From: Nitrospirota bacterium
Lineage (GTDB): Bacteria; Nitrospirota; UBA9217
Length of the DNA stretch: 64,000 bases
Direction: 5' to 3'
NCBI GenBank assembly: GCA_963840455.1
Contig: CAWIYV010000011.1
Location: 416,001-480,000 of the forward strand
In this document: piece after piece, positions 49,772 to 62,122 of the stretch
How positions within the stretch are numbered: the stretch's first letter is position 1
Layout: the number at the start of each line of letters is the position of its first letter
Made by a program: the position numbers and the translations under genes
The notes under the pieces: model-generated
The model's database searches: none
Told to the model about the DNA's origin: nothing
The model's input: only the letters and a program-made list of their open reading frames with translations

Positions 49772-51060
49772 GGTGTGCGTTCGTCCGTCAGGAAGCAACG
49801 GATCTCCTGTTTGATGCGCTCATCATCGCCCGTCTCCAGGTATGCGATGAGGGGGGTCGAGAAATGCAGCCCCTGCATGATCTTCAAAATATCCCGGGAT
49901 TTCGTCCGGAGCGGCCCGTCGACACCGCCGAGATTCGCGATCAGCCGGTCGCTGAAACCCGCCTTCTCGATCTCCTCGCAGATGCTCTCCTTCGCATAAC
50001 CGTCGGACGCCGAGAGCGCTTCGAGAAAGATGTCTATGGCGGTGTGACCGAACCCGGTGAGTGCCAGCGCCGCCTGTCTCCTCACGTGCCAGTTCTTGTC
50101 GAACAGGAGCTTCCCGAGCGGTCTTGCCGTCGCTTTGAGCACGAGCGCGCCTGCTGATTTTGCCGCCTGGAGCCTGACGAACCAGATGGGGTCCTCGAGG
50201 AGCGGCAGGACCAGCTCGTCCAAGTGACGGGGGATGTTCGCGTCGGCGCGTCCCAGCACCTTGAGCGCCTTGCTCCTCACCTCGGCATTCGGGCTTTGCA
50301 GATGTTCTATCGCCAGGGACACCGAACGTGCATCGGGGGCCAGGTGCGAGAGGGTTTCCAGAATGCAGGATGTGATCCAGGGATCGGCGCGTTCCCAGTG
50401 ATGCCCGATGAGATAGGGAATGGCGATCTCGCCGAAATTGAGCAGCGCTGTCTCCATGGCCTTGCGCGTCACGAGCGATCTGCCGAGGATATCCGGCAGG
50501 CGTCCGATGATCGCCGCGAGCGCTTCCTTCGTGCCGATCCTGCTGAGCGCCCGCACCGTCACGGACAGGATCTCCGGATCCCCTTCCTCAAGCAGCGGAA
50601 TGAGCTTCGGCGTTGATGCCGTGCACCTCATCCGGCCAAGCTTATCAATGGCCGATGCCCTGGCCAGGACGTTCCTGCCGGCGAGCTGCTCCTCATAGAA
50701 CGCCATGTACCCAAGCTTCTGGAACAGCGTTCTCCCTTTATCGGCGAATTTCCCTTCCGACACGACCGCGAACAGCACGTCCTCGACGGCCTGCCAGGCG
50801 AGAGAGCCCGGCTTGGTGAGGAACGCCTCCTTCTGCACGGCGATCCCCTCCAACTCGAGCGCCTGCGACAGGCGGCGCCCGTACTCATGCCGAAGGGCAT
50901 CCAGCTTCCCGTACATCCGGTCGTTCATGACCCGCCTCACGATGCTGGCGAGGAGGAGGGCCATGATCAGCAGCACCAGTGCCGCAATGGCCGTTGTGAT
51001 GAGAATGAGCATCAGATCAGCATGCATGGAGGTCGGGTGTTTCAGCATGGACCGGCTCAC
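49768..51060 (-). CDS. Membrane-anchored HEAT-repeat protein (start uncertain)
   Basis: N-terminal TM helix and repeated L.D....VR..A...LG units. ATGA overlap with GT2. Confidence 0.88.
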   Translation of the reverse strand: MSRSMLKHPTSMHADLMLILITTAIAALVLLIMALLLASIVRRVMNDRMYGKLDALRHEYGRRLSQALELEGIAVQKEAFLTKPGSLAWQAVEDVLFAVVSEGKFADKGRTLFQKLGYMAFYEEQLAGRNVLARASAIDKLGRMRCTASTPKLIPLLEEGDPEILSVTVRALSRIGTKEALAAIIGRLPDILGRSLVTRKAMETALLNFGEIAIPYLIGHHWERADPWITSCILETLSHLAPDARSVSLAIEHLQSPNAEVRSKALKVLGRADANIPRHLDELVLPLLEDPIWFVRLQAAKSAGALVLKATARPLGKLLFDKNWHVRRQAALALTGFGHTAIDIFLEALSASDGYAKESICEEIEKAGFSDRLIANLGGVDGPLRTKSRDILKIMQGLHFSTPLIAYLETGDDERIKQEIRCFLTDERTP

Positions 51061-51773
51061 AAAGTGTGCTGCATAAGTCCGCTGTCCCGAAAGCTGAAAT
51101 GGCCGCTGTCGCCGACAATGACATGGTCGAGGACCTTGATGCCGAGCACGTCGCCGGCCTGAACGAGCCGCCGGGTGAGCAGGATGTCCTCCTGGCTCGG
51201 TTTGATGTCTCCGCTGGGATGGTTGTGGACGAAGATGACCGCAGCGGCGGACTCACGCACGGCGGTCTTGAATGTTTCGCGGGGATGTACGAGGGAAGCG
51301 GTCAGGCTCCCGGTCGAGACCGTTTCCTCCCTGATAACACGATTCTTGGTGTCCAGAAGGACACAGCGAAACTCTTCCTTTTTACTGTCCCGGAGCCGGG
51401 GCTGGAAATACGCCGCCACGTCCTGGCTTGCGCACAGCGAAGCTCCGGCCAGAGTGGGCCTCTGGTGACGCCTGCCGAGCTCCATTGCCGCCTTGATCTC
51501 CGCTGCCTTGGCGGGACCGATCCCCTTGATCCCGCGGAGCTCATTGATCCCCGCGCCGGCAATGCCCGCGAGGCCGCGGAACCGTTCCAGGAGCTCGCGC
51601 CCAAGGTCAACAGCCGTGCGGCCGCCCTCGCCGGTCCGGAGGATGATACCAAGGAGCTGGGCGTCGGACAGTTTGTCCGCTCCCTGCTTCAGGAGCCGCT
51701 CCCGCGGCCGCTCGTCTTCAGGCCAGTTCTTGAGGTGTGTTCTTTTTTCGTCGGTCAATCGATGGTCCGCCAC
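51057..51773 (-). CDS. radC: RadC-family JAB-domain protein
   Basis: ERPRERL, GIGPAKA, VHPRE, HNHPSGD and LDHVIV. Confidence 0.95.
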   Translation of the reverse strand: MADHRLTDEKRTHLKNWPEDERPRERLLKQGADKLSDAQLLGIILRTGEGGRTAVDLGRELLERFRGLAGIAGAGINELRGIKGIGPAKAAEIKAAMELGRRHQRPTLAGASLCASQDVAAYFQPRLRDSKKEEFRCVLLDTKNRVIREETVSTGSLTASLVHPRETFKTAVRESAAAVIFVHNHPSGDIKPSQEDILLTRRLVQAGDVLGIKVLDHVIVGDSGHFSFRDSGLMQHTL

Positions 51774-51888
51774 GGAATCCAGGCGCGCGCGAGTTGATAA
51801 AGAATTATGAGATTATAGATGCTTACTGGTACCCTGTCAAACGGGAAAACCGGGGGCAGCCTGGCCGGGGAAATGATCCAGGAGCGGA

Positions 51889-52005
51889 TTGAAGCTCCCT
51901 GCAGCAAGCTGCAGGGAATCTTCGATCCTCAAGGTAGTACTATTTATTCTAATCGCTCGCTAACCCCGCAGCAAGCTGCGCGGAATGCGCTCGCTCCTGG
52001 ATTCA
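51889..52005 (+). mobile_element. Two-hairpin dispersed element, copy 6
   Basis: Near-consensus 117-bp copy. Confidence 0.92.
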
Positions 52006-52066
52006 CAAAATAAATTAGGGGCCAGGATGGCTGCAGGATCAAAGAGTTGCAAATATTAAATACTCA

Positions 52067-52095
52067 TTGACTTCCTGGTAAAACGATGTTACCTT
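52067..52095 (+). promoter_or_regulatory. Putative sigma70 promoter for the porin gene
   Basis: TTGACT-17nt-TACCTT with TG extension. Confidence 0.45.
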
Positions 52096-52131
52096 TGCTA
52101 TACTGTTGCAAAAAAGAAAGGGGGATTCTCT

Positions 52132-53568
52132 ATGAAATTCGCACACAAGTCAGCAGTAAGCATTTTCTCGTTCCTTCTCCTCTGCTCGCTCACCCTCGTC
52201 CCTGCAGCACATGCCACGAACGGTATGAATATGGAAGGGTACGGCCCCATCGCCACCGGCATGGGCGGCGCATCCATGGCCTATGACAACGGCACCGCGG
52301 CAATGATGAACAACCCGGCAACACTATCCCTCATGGAGTCGAAGGCCCGCCTCGATCTGGCGATCGGCTTCCTCGGGCCCGACGTCACTTCCTCCATGAC
52401 TGGGATGCCCGATTCCAAGTCTTCGGGGGACCTCTACATGATGCCGGCCTTCGGGTATGCACGCAAGGGCGGCCAGTTCACCTATGGATTGGGCGTTTTT
52501 GCTCAGGGCGGCATGGGAACGGAATATGATGCCAACTCGTTCCTTGCCGCGGGCTCGGGCGAAAAGGTCCGGTCCGAGGTCAGCATGGGCCGGGTTATTA
52601 TCCCGGTCTCCTATGATTTGAACAGCCAGTGGAAAGTCGCCGGCAGCGTTGATTTCGTCTGGGCGGAAATGGACCTCAAGATGGCGCTCTCCGGCGCACA
52701 GTTCGGCGATATGGTGGCGTCCCTCGGCGGAACCCAGACCTACGGCACGGCAAGCGGCTCCATGGTGAACACGCTGGCCGGAGCTTTTGGCAGCGGCGGG
52801 CTCACATCCATGAGCTGGGCTCGTTTTGATTTTTCCGATGGCAGCGATTTCTCAGGCAAGGCCAAGGGAACTGGCTTCGCCGGCAAGCTTGGCGCCGTGT
52901 ACCAGATGAACAAAGAGCTCGCCTTCGGATTCGCGTACCACAGCAAGACCTCGATCGGAGATCTCGAAGCAAACGGGGCCACTCTCTCCATGAACGTTTC
53001 GGGTCCCGGAGTAGGCGGAGGACCGGCGACTATTCCGGTCACCGGCAACATCAAGGTCAAGAACTTTCAGTGGCCCCAGATGCTCGGTCTCGGGACAGCT
53101 TATCAGGCCTCTCCCAAACTGATGCTCGTTTTCGATTACAAGTGGATCAATTGGGCAGACACAATGAAAAATTTCAAGATGACCTTTACGGCCAGCGCCT
53201 CGCAGCCGGATCCCCTCGCCGCTGGTTTCGGGCTGGGCGGCCAGGTCGTCGATGCGACCATGTACCAGAACTGGAAGGACCAGAACGTGTTCATGCTCGG
53301 GGCTGGATATAAATTCACCGAAGAGTTCACCGGCCGCATCGGCTTCGACATCGCCAACAACCCTATCCCGGACAAGTATGAGAATCCGCTGTTCCCGGCG
53401 ATCGTGAAGAACCATTATATGATCGGCGGAGGCTATGCCTTCAGCAAGGCAAGCAGCATCGATTTCTCGTTCACCTACGCCCCGGAGGTGTCAGCGACGA
53501 ACGGCCAGGGCGTGAAGACCACGCACAGCCAGATGAATGAGCAGATCATGTACAGCTACCGGTTCTAA
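52132..53568 (+). CDS. FadL/TodX/OmpP1-family outer-membrane transporter
   Basis: Signal peptide, GMGGA..NPA hatch motif and a terminal YSYRF. Confidence 0.92.
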   Translation: MKFAHKSAVSIFSFLLLCSLTLVPAAHATNGMNMEGYGPIATGMGGASMAYDNGTAAMMNNPATLSLMESKARLDLAIGFLGPDVTSSMTGMPDSKSSGDLYMMPAFGYARKGGQFTYGLGVFAQGGMGTEYDANSFLAAGSGEKVRSEVSMGRVIIPVSYDLNSQWKVAGSVDFVWAEMDLKMALSGAQFGDMVASLGGTQTYGTASGSMVNTLAGAFGSGGLTSMSWARFDFSDGSDFSGKAKGTGFAGKLGAVYQMNKELAFGFAYHSKTSIGDLEANGATLSMNVSGPGVGGGPATIPVTGNIKVKNFQWPQMLGLGTAYQASPKLMLVFDYKWINWADTMKNFKMTFTASASQPDPLAAGFGLGGQVVDATMYQNWKDQNVFMLGAGYKFTEEFTGRIGFDIANNPIPDKYENPLFPAIVKNHYMIGGGYAFSKASSIDFSFTYAPEVSATNGQGVKTTHSQMNEQIMYSYRF

Positions 53569-53586
53569 GCAGCTCCTGGACCAAAC

Positions 53587-53620
53587 AAAAAGCCGGAGGA
53601 TCTTATCCTCCGGCTTTTTT
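53587..53620. terminator. Bidirectional intrinsic terminator
   Basis: AAAAAGCCGGAGGAT-CTT-ATCCTCCGGCTTTTT between convergent genes. Confidence 0.9.
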
Positions 53621-53643
53621 CTTTCCCCTATTATCCGCTCCCC

Positions 53644-53772
53644 CTATATCCGCACAAAGGCGTCCTTCGGCGCGTTGCATACCGGGCACTTCCAGTCGTC
53701 AGGAAGCTCCTCGAACTTCTTCCCTTCCTTCGCTTCGTCATACACATACCCGCATACGGTACATCTCCACAT
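53644..53772 (-). CDS. Rubredoxin (42 aa)
   Basis: [22 protein letters not shown] with AGGAGG RBS. Missed by the ORF track. Confidence 0.95.
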   Translation of the reverse strand: MWRCTVCGYVYDEAKEGKKFEELPDDWKCPVCNAPKDAFVRI

Positions 53773-53846
53773 GGTGGGCACCTCCTGATGAGAGTGGGAA
53801 CCGGGGCCGGCTGACCGGACCGGCAGTCATTTCTACCTGCAAATGG

Positions 53847-55091
53847 TCAAGGCTTGCACTGGGGCTGCTGCGCGCTGCCGAACTTCTTGTGGTACTCGAT
53901 GGTCTTCTCGGCGAACTGCTTCCCGAACTCGAAGCACTTCTTGTCATCGTCCAGGCTCGGCCGGTAGAGCACTTCAACGCCCGGTTCGACCACTTCAAGG
54001 CCCATCTTCTTGAAATGCTCATAGGCCTCACGCACCGCGCCGCCGCCCCAGCCGTAGCTGCCGAACGCGCCGGCCAGCCGGTTCTTCGGCCGCAGGCCGC
54101 GCAGATGGGTCAGGAACTCGGCGACCGCCGGGAACATGATGTTGTTCAGCGTCGGTGTGCCGACCAGCATGGCGCGCGACTCCCATACCCGCTTGATCGC
54201 CACGCTCATGGGCGTGGACCGGAGCTTGAGGATATCCACGTCCACGCCGGCCGCCTTGACGCCTTCCATGATGGGGATCGTCATGTGCTCGGTGCTGTGC
54301 CACATGGTGTCGTAGACGATCACGACCCGGAGGTCCGCCTTGTCGTTCGCCATGTCCAGGTACATCTGCAGGATCTTGCCGGGGTCGCGCCGCCATATGA
54401 TGCCGTGGTCCGGTGCGATCATGTCGACCTGCAGACCCAGCTTCTGGATGTCAGCGATCTTGGACTTCACGAGGTTGCCGAAAGGCATCAGAATATTGGC
54501 ATAGTAGTCACGCACCGCGTGCTCGAGCGCCGTCACCGAATACTGGTCGCAGAACTCGTCGTCGAACCGTGCCGACGACGCAAGATGCTGGCCGAAGGCG
54601 TCCTGGCTGATAAGGAGCTTGTCCTCCTTCACATAGCTCATCATCGAGTCCGGCCAGTGCAGCATGGGTGTCTCGATGAACAGGATCGTCTTCGTGCCCG
54701 TGGAAAGCGTGTCGCCGGTCTTGACGATCTTGAACGTCCACTTCGATGTGTCGAAGAACCGGTCGAGGGCCTTCTTGCCGCGCTCGGTGATATAGATCGT
54801 CGCTTTCGGCGTCAGTTCCATGATCTTATCGAGGCTTGAGACGTGGTCGTTCTCGATATGGTTGATCACGATGTTCTCGATCGACCCGGGGTCCACCAGG
54901 CCGAGGATGCTGTCGACGGTGTACTCGCTGAAGTCGTGCTTCACTGTATCCACCAGCGTCACATGCTTGTCAAGGATCAGATAGTTGTTGTAGGTGGTGC
55001 CGTTCGGCGTGATATAGCCGTGGAAATCACGAACGGCCCAGTCAATGGCACCGACCCAGTGGATGCCGGGTTTGATCTCTATTGAACCCAT
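53847..55091 (-). CDS. fprA: Flavodiiron protein (O2/NO reductase)
   Basis: NHIENDH, HWPDS, QDAFG, APDHG and flavodoxin GSYGW. Confidence 0.95.
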   Translation of the reverse strand: MGSIEIKPGIHWVGAIDWAVRDFHGYITPNGTTYNNYLILDKHVTLVDTVKHDFSEYTVDSILGLVDPGSIENIVINHIENDHVSSLDKIMELTPKATIYITERGKKALDRFFDTSKWTFKIVKTGDTLSTGTKTILFIETPMLHWPDSMMSYVKEDKLLISQDAFGQHLASSARFDDEFCDQYSVTALEHAVRDYYANILMPFGNLVKSKIADIQKLGLQVDMIAPDHGIIWRRDPGKILQMYLDMANDKADLRVVIVYDTMWHSTEHMTIPIMEGVKAAGVDVDILKLRSTPMSVAIKRVWESRAMLVGTPTLNNIMFPAVAEFLTHLRGLRPKNRLAGAFGSYGWGGGAVREAYEHFKKMGLEVVEPGVEVLYRPSLDDDKKCFEFGKQFAEKTIEYHKKFGSAQQPQCKP

Positions 55092-55243
55092 AAGAACCTC
55101 CTCAGGAAATGCACGATCTATTTGCCGACAGCGATCCCCGCGAGAGGATCCATGGCTTGTTCATCATCGCGGGGAGGTAGTGGTTTCGGAACGGGAACAA
55201 CTGATCGGCAGGCTTTGCTTTCAACGCCGCGGGAACCGTTGCC

Positions 55244-55660
55244 TCACCTTTTCGACTTCCCGCAGGGTGAGCAGATCCCGTAGAACTCTATATGATTGCC
55301 CAGGATGGAAAATTCCTTTGCCATGCCCCGGGGGACATCAACCGGGATATCACCGGGGATATCCACAACCTTCCTGCAGCCGAGGCAGATAAGGTGGTGG
55401 TGGCCGCTGGTATCAGGATCATAGCGCTTCCGGTCCGGATCGATCGTGAGCTCCCGCACCGCCCCCGCCTGTACCAGCGTGTTCAGCGTGTTGTACACCG
55501 TGGCGAAGGACATGGAGGGGTTCTTCCTCACGACGACCCGGTAGATGTCCTCCGCTGAAGGATGGGACTTGTTCCCGTCGAGGTGATCCAGGATCGCGAG
55601 CCGCTGGGGAGTTCGCTTGAACCCTTTGATCGTGCCTTTTTGTTGGAGTTTCTTGAGCAT
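55244..55660 (-). CDS. Fur-family repressor, PerR-like
   Basis: TPQR, HPSAE, ATVYNTL, HHHLICxxC and CxxC. Upstream of fprA and rubredoxin. Confidence 0.9.
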   Translation of the reverse strand: MLKKLQQKGTIKGFKRTPQRLAILDHLDGNKSHPSAEDIYRVVVRKNPSMSFATVYNTLNTLVQAGAVRELTIDPDRKRYDPDTSGHHHLICLGCRKVVDIPGDIPVDVPRGMAKEFSILGNHIEFYGICSPCGKSKR

Positions 55661-55673
55661 CGGACGGTACGAT

Positions 55674-55702
55674 ACTATAATTTAACGGCTGCTCCGTGTC
55701 AA
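55674..55702 (-). promoter_or_regulatory. sigma70 promoter giving a near-leaderless perR-like transcript
   Basis: TTGACA-17nt-TATAGT ending 13 nt before the ATG. No SD visible. Confidence 0.7.
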
Positions 55703-55746
55703 GTATAAGCTGTAGCAGACTGCGTTTGCCGGAACATCCCGCAAAT

Positions 55747-55777
55747 GGAAAAGGCAGCCCGTGAGGACTGCCTTTCC
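55747..55777 (-). terminator. Putative terminator of the atp operon
   Basis: GGAAAAGGCAG/CTGCCTTTCC stem-loop after atpC. Confidence 0.6.
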
Positions 55778-55822
55778 TGAACGACGCCCGGGAAGAAAAT
55801 CCTCTCCGTGCATTTCGTCTGC

Positions 55823-56248
55823 TTATTTTTGCCCGTGCTTCTCGGCCACCTGAATGCGGATCATGGCACGCATGAGGTCGATGCGGGCCTTCTCGTAATC
55901 TTTTTCCGAAAGCTTCTCGGCAAGCAGCCTCTCCGCCCGATCCTTCTCGATGCGCGCCTCGGACAGGTCGATATCGGCTGCCCGGTCCGCCCCTTCGGCG
56001 AGGATGACGACACGGTCGGGGCCCACCTCGGCATATCCCCACTCGACGGCAAGGTGATGCCACTCCCCTGCCTCGAGATACGACAGCATACCCACCTTGA
56101 GCGTGGCCAGAAAGGGTGTGTGGCCCGGGAGCACGCCGAACTCGCCCTCACTGCCGGGGGCGATCACTTCATCCACGTGCTCCGAACGGACCACCTGCCG
56201 GCTCGGGGCGACGATCTCGAGGAGCATTTTTCCTTTTTCAGCGACCAT
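55823..56248 (-). CDS. atpC: ATP synthase epsilon subunit
   Basis: GEFGVLPGH and C-terminal helices. Confidence 0.95.
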   Translation of the reverse strand: MVAEKGKMLLEIVAPSRQVVRSEHVDEVIAPGSEGEFGVLPGHTPFLATLKVGMLSYLEAGEWHHLAVEWGYAEVGPDRVVILAEGADRAADIDLSEARIEKDRAERLLAEKLSEKDYEKARIDLMRAMIRIQVAEKHGQK

Positions 56249-56309
56249 CTTTTTTTTCCAATCCTCGGCGTTCAATTTGGATCAACCGGAAAGAGCGTAT
56301 CCTGTCAGA

Positions 56310-57740
<1,431 letters not shown>

Positions 57741-57763
57741 CTATGCGGCATGAAATTCATGCC

Positions 57764-57857
57764 GATTGCAAATTTCAAATTGAAAAATGAAAATTGGAAA
57801 ATGAGGTGTTGGTTCTAAAATCTGATATTTTCAATTTCCAATCTTCAATTTTCAATA
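57764..57857. repeat. Inverted heptamer arrays between atpG and atpD
   Basis: (AATTGAA)(AAATGAA)(AATTGGA)...(TTTTCAA)(TTTCCAA)(TCTTCAA)(TTTTCAA). Confidence 0.75.
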
Positions 57858-57858
57858 G

Positions 57859-58725
57859 TTATTTTAACGCTTCCGCACCGCCCACGATCTCCGAGATCTC
57901 CTTGGTGATCGCTGCCTGGCGCGTCTTGTTGAACTTCAGGGTCAGCCTGCCGATCAGGTCCTTGGCGTTCCGCGTGGCAGAATCCATGGCCGTCATGCGC
58001 GCGCCCATCTCGCTGGCCTGGCTTTCGAGGAGGGCCCGGTACACCTGCACCTCGATATGCTTCGGCAGGATGGAGGTCAGGATCGCCACAGCCGACGGTT
58101 CGTAGAGATAATCGACGGCCGCCGTGAACGGGTCCGCTTCCGCTGGCGGTTCCACCGGCAGGAGTTTCTCCAGCGTCACATTCTGCAGCATGACGCTCTT
58201 GAACTCGTTGTACAGAAGATAGACCTCATCGGTCTCTCCGGCCGCGAACCTCTCGACGATGTTCTTCCCCACATCCGCGGCCTTCTCATAATCGATCATG
58301 CCGAGGTCCGACCAGGCCTGTCCCACGGTATAGGACGACCGCTTCCGGAAGAAGTCGCGGCCCTTTCGCCCCACGATATTGACCCGGACTTCCTTGCCCT
58401 GGGCCTGGAACTCGCGCACCGCCTCAACGGCCTTGCGCAGGATATTGGTGTTGTACGCGCCGCAGAGGCCGCGGTCCGACGTGAGGACGAGGAGCTTCAC
58501 CTTCTTCGGCTCCCGCTTGGCGAGAAGCGGATGCTGGATCCGTTCCACGCGCGAGGCAAGACTCGCGATGACCGACAGCATCTTGCGGGAGTAAGGCCGC
58601 GCAGCGATGACCCGCTCCTGGGCGCGCCGCAGCTTCGCCGCCGCGACCATCTTCATGGCCTTGGTGATCTGCTGCGTCTTCTTGATGCTGACGATCTTTC
58701 TTCGTATGTCCCGTAAGCTGGCCAT
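57859..58725 (-). CDS. atpG: ATP synthase gamma subunit
   Basis: ITKAMKMVAA, SDRGLCG and RQAAITKEI. Confidence 0.98.
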   Translation of the reverse strand: MASLRDIRRKIVSIKKTQQITKAMKMVAAAKLRRAQERVIAARPYSRKMLSVIASLASRVERIQHPLLAKREPKKVKLLVLTSDRGLCGAYNTNILRKAVEAVREFQAQGKEVRVNIVGRKGRDFFRKRSSYTVGQAWSDLGMIDYEKAADVGKNIVERFAAGETDEVYLLYNEFKSVMLQNVTLEKLLPVEPPAEADPFTAAVDYLYEPSAVAILTSILPKHIEVQVYRALLESQASEMGARMTAMDSATRNAKDLIGRLTLKFNKTRQAAITKEISEIVGGAEALK

Positions 58726-58734
58726 TCGTGATCC

Positions 58735-60246
<1,512 letters not shown>

Positions 60247-60256
60247 TTACTCCTTT

Positions 60257-60343
60257 GGAGTCAGGAGCCAGAATCCAGAGGCCAGAAGAACGGCAGCACA
60301 GCCTGCGTTTTCTCCTGACTCCTGACCCCTGTCTCCTGTATTC
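60257..60343. repeat. Inverted heptamer arrays between atpH and atpA
   Basis: (GGAGTCA)(GGAGCCA)(GAATCCA)(GAGGCCA)...(TGACTCC)(TGACCCC)(TGTCTCC)(TGTATTC). Confidence 0.75.
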
Positions 60344-60350
60344 TTGGCCG

Positions 60351-60887
60351 TTATTTTGCCAGCTTCTCGCGGATCTTGCCGAGCTGGTTCTTGATGGTGC
60401 CGTCGTAGATAACGCTGCCGATCTGGGCGCGGGCGCCGCCGATGACCGCGGGGTCCACCATCGCGTCGATCTCCACCTGCTTGCCTGTCACGGTCTCGAG
60501 CTTCCTCTTGATGCCGGCGAGCTCTGCGGGAGCCAGGGCCGCCGCCGTCGTGACCTTCGCCCGGGCGCGGTTCTGGCGCTCTGCCAGCAGCTCCTCAAAG
60601 CCCTGCTGCACGTCGCGGAACTGCCGGATCCTGCCGGCCTCGGCCAGATGGGAGAGAAAGCGCGTAGTGGACTGCTGGAGGCCGAGCTTTGCCGCCAGTT
60701 CGCCGATCACGACCTTCTTGGCATCGGGCGTGAACGCGGGACTCGCGAAAAGCTTCTGGACTGCCGCCTGGCCGTCCACGGCCGCCGCGAATTCCGCGAG
60801 GTCGGCACGGGTCTTGTCAACGATGTTCTTCTCGTGGGCGAGTTCCACGAGGGCCTTGGCGTATCTCTTGGCGACGATGGTGATCAA
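60351..60887 (-). CDS. atpH: ATP synthase delta subunit
   Basis: AKRYAKAL and VDPAVIGG..DGTIK. Confidence 0.96.
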   Translation of the reverse strand: MITIVAKRYAKALVELAHEKNIVDKTRADLAEFAAAVDGQAAVQKLFASPAFTPDAKKVVIGELAAKLGLQQSTTRFLSHLAEAGRIRQFRDVQQGFEELLAERQNRARAKVTTAAALAPAELAGIKRKLETVTGKQVEIDAMVDPAVIGGARAQIGSVIYDGTIKNQLGKIREKLAK

Positions 60888-61459
60888 CCGCGGCCTCCCA
60901 CGTTGGCGATGTAATCATTCACGATCCGCTCATGGTCCTGTTTCGTGATCGAACCCTTGATCTTGCCCTCGGCCAGGTCAACGGCAAGGACGGCCGCCTC
61001 TGCGGCCAGTTCGGCCTTGGCCTTCTGGACTTCGATATCGGCGCCGGTCTTGATCTGCTCCTGGATGTCCTTGACGATCTTCTTGCCCTCTTCAATGAGC
61101 GCCTGCTTGTCCTTCTCGCCGCGGGCCTGCGCTTCGGCGATCAGGGTGCGCGTTTCTGCCTCCATCTCCCGGGCCTTCCGCTCCATGTCGGTGAGCGCCG
61201 CGACGGCGCGTTCGCGGGCCTCCCGGGACTCCTGCATGGCCTTCGCGATCTCCGCGGAGCGGTTCCGGAACATGTCGCGGACGGGCTTCCGCAGGAAGTA
61301 CACAAGCAGCCCCACGATGATGGCAAAATTCGCCAGGCGAGGCAGCCAGTCGGCCATGAAGGTGTATTCCTCGGCGCCGTGCGCTGCTTCCGAAGCAAGG
61401 GCCGTTGCGGCGATCACAACGCCCATGATGCTGGTCAGTATGGATAAGGACTTTTTCAT
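60884..61459 (-). CDS. atpF: ATP synthase subunit b
   Basis: NFAI..LRKPV plus coiled coil. Confidence 0.92.
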   Translation of the reverse strand: MKKSLSILTSIMGVVIAATALASEAAHGAEEYTFMADWLPRLANFAIIVGLLVYFLRKPVRDMFRNRSAEIAKAMQESREARERAVAALTDMERKAREMEAETRTLIAEAQARGEKDKQALIEEGKKIVKDIQEQIKTGADIEVQKAKAELAAEAAVLAVDLAEGKIKGSITKQDHERIVNDYIANVGGRG

Positions 61460-61474
61460 GATCTTCCTTAAGAC

Positions 61475-61900
61475 TTAGACTGCCCTGCCGAGCAGCTTCG
61501 CGGAGATATCCTGCGAAAGCTTCTCCGCTTCCTTCCTGAGGTCGCCGCGCGCTGTTGCGGCGGCGGCGGCGATCTCTTTCCTTGCCTTGTCCAGCAGCTC
61601 GCTTGCCTTGGTGCGTTCGGCCGAGATCATGTCGCGCTGTACGTCAAGCCCCTGCTGGTACAGGGTGTTGTAGGCGGCGGCCGCCTTCTGCTTGGCATCG
61701 GCCAGCGAGATATTGTACTGTTCGAGAAGGCCCTGCATCCGTTCCTGCGCGGTCTTGGCGTCGGAAAGCGCGCCGCCGATCCCCTCCTCGCGTTCCCGCA
61801 TGATAGCGCGCATGGGCTTGAACAGGATGAAGTTCAGCGCGATGAGAAGAACGATGAAGTTGGCGAGCTGGATAAAAAAGGCGAAGTTGATGTCGATCAT
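61475..61900 (-). CDS. ATP synthase subunit b'
   Basis: QLANFIVL..LFKPM plus coiled coil. First gene of an operon that lacks atpB/atpE. Confidence 0.9.
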   Translation of the reverse strand: MIDINFAFFIQLANFIVLLIALNFILFKPMRAIMREREEGIGGALSDAKTAQERMQGLLEQYNISLADAKQKAAAAYNTLYQQGLDVQRDMISAERTKASELLDKARKEIAAAAATARGDLRKEAEKLSQDISAKLLGRAV

Positions 61901-61952
61901 GCGTGCGCCCCGCGAGAACGAGAACAGATGATTTCCCTGCTTAAGTTCGAAA

Positions 61953-61981
61953 AAATTAACATACCCCCCTGGCAATGTCAA
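61953..61981 (-). promoter_or_regulatory. sigma70 promoter of the atp operon
   Basis: TTGACA-17nt-TAATTT with TG extension. Confidence 0.65.
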
Positions 61982-62093
61982 GAATTTTGCCTATAAATAA
62001 TATAAATGGCCACACGGATTCCGATTATAGAAACCGCTGGAAAAATAGTTACACCCGAGCCGGCCTGCGACGCTTTCGCAGGCAACTCTCTCC

Positions 62094-62122
62094 TTGACAT
62101 GCCCGGTGCAAGTTGTTATGTT
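62094..62122 (+). promoter_or_regulatory. sigma70 promoter of prfC
   Basis: TTGACA-17nt-TATGTT with TG extension. Confidence 0.65.

Noticed and set aside
51819-52013. Short ORFs containing EAPCSKLQGIFDPQG (also 37595-38020, 2204-2455 and the 5' extension of 30501-31034)
   Set aside because: Translations of the repeat element. Copy lengths are not frame-preserving.
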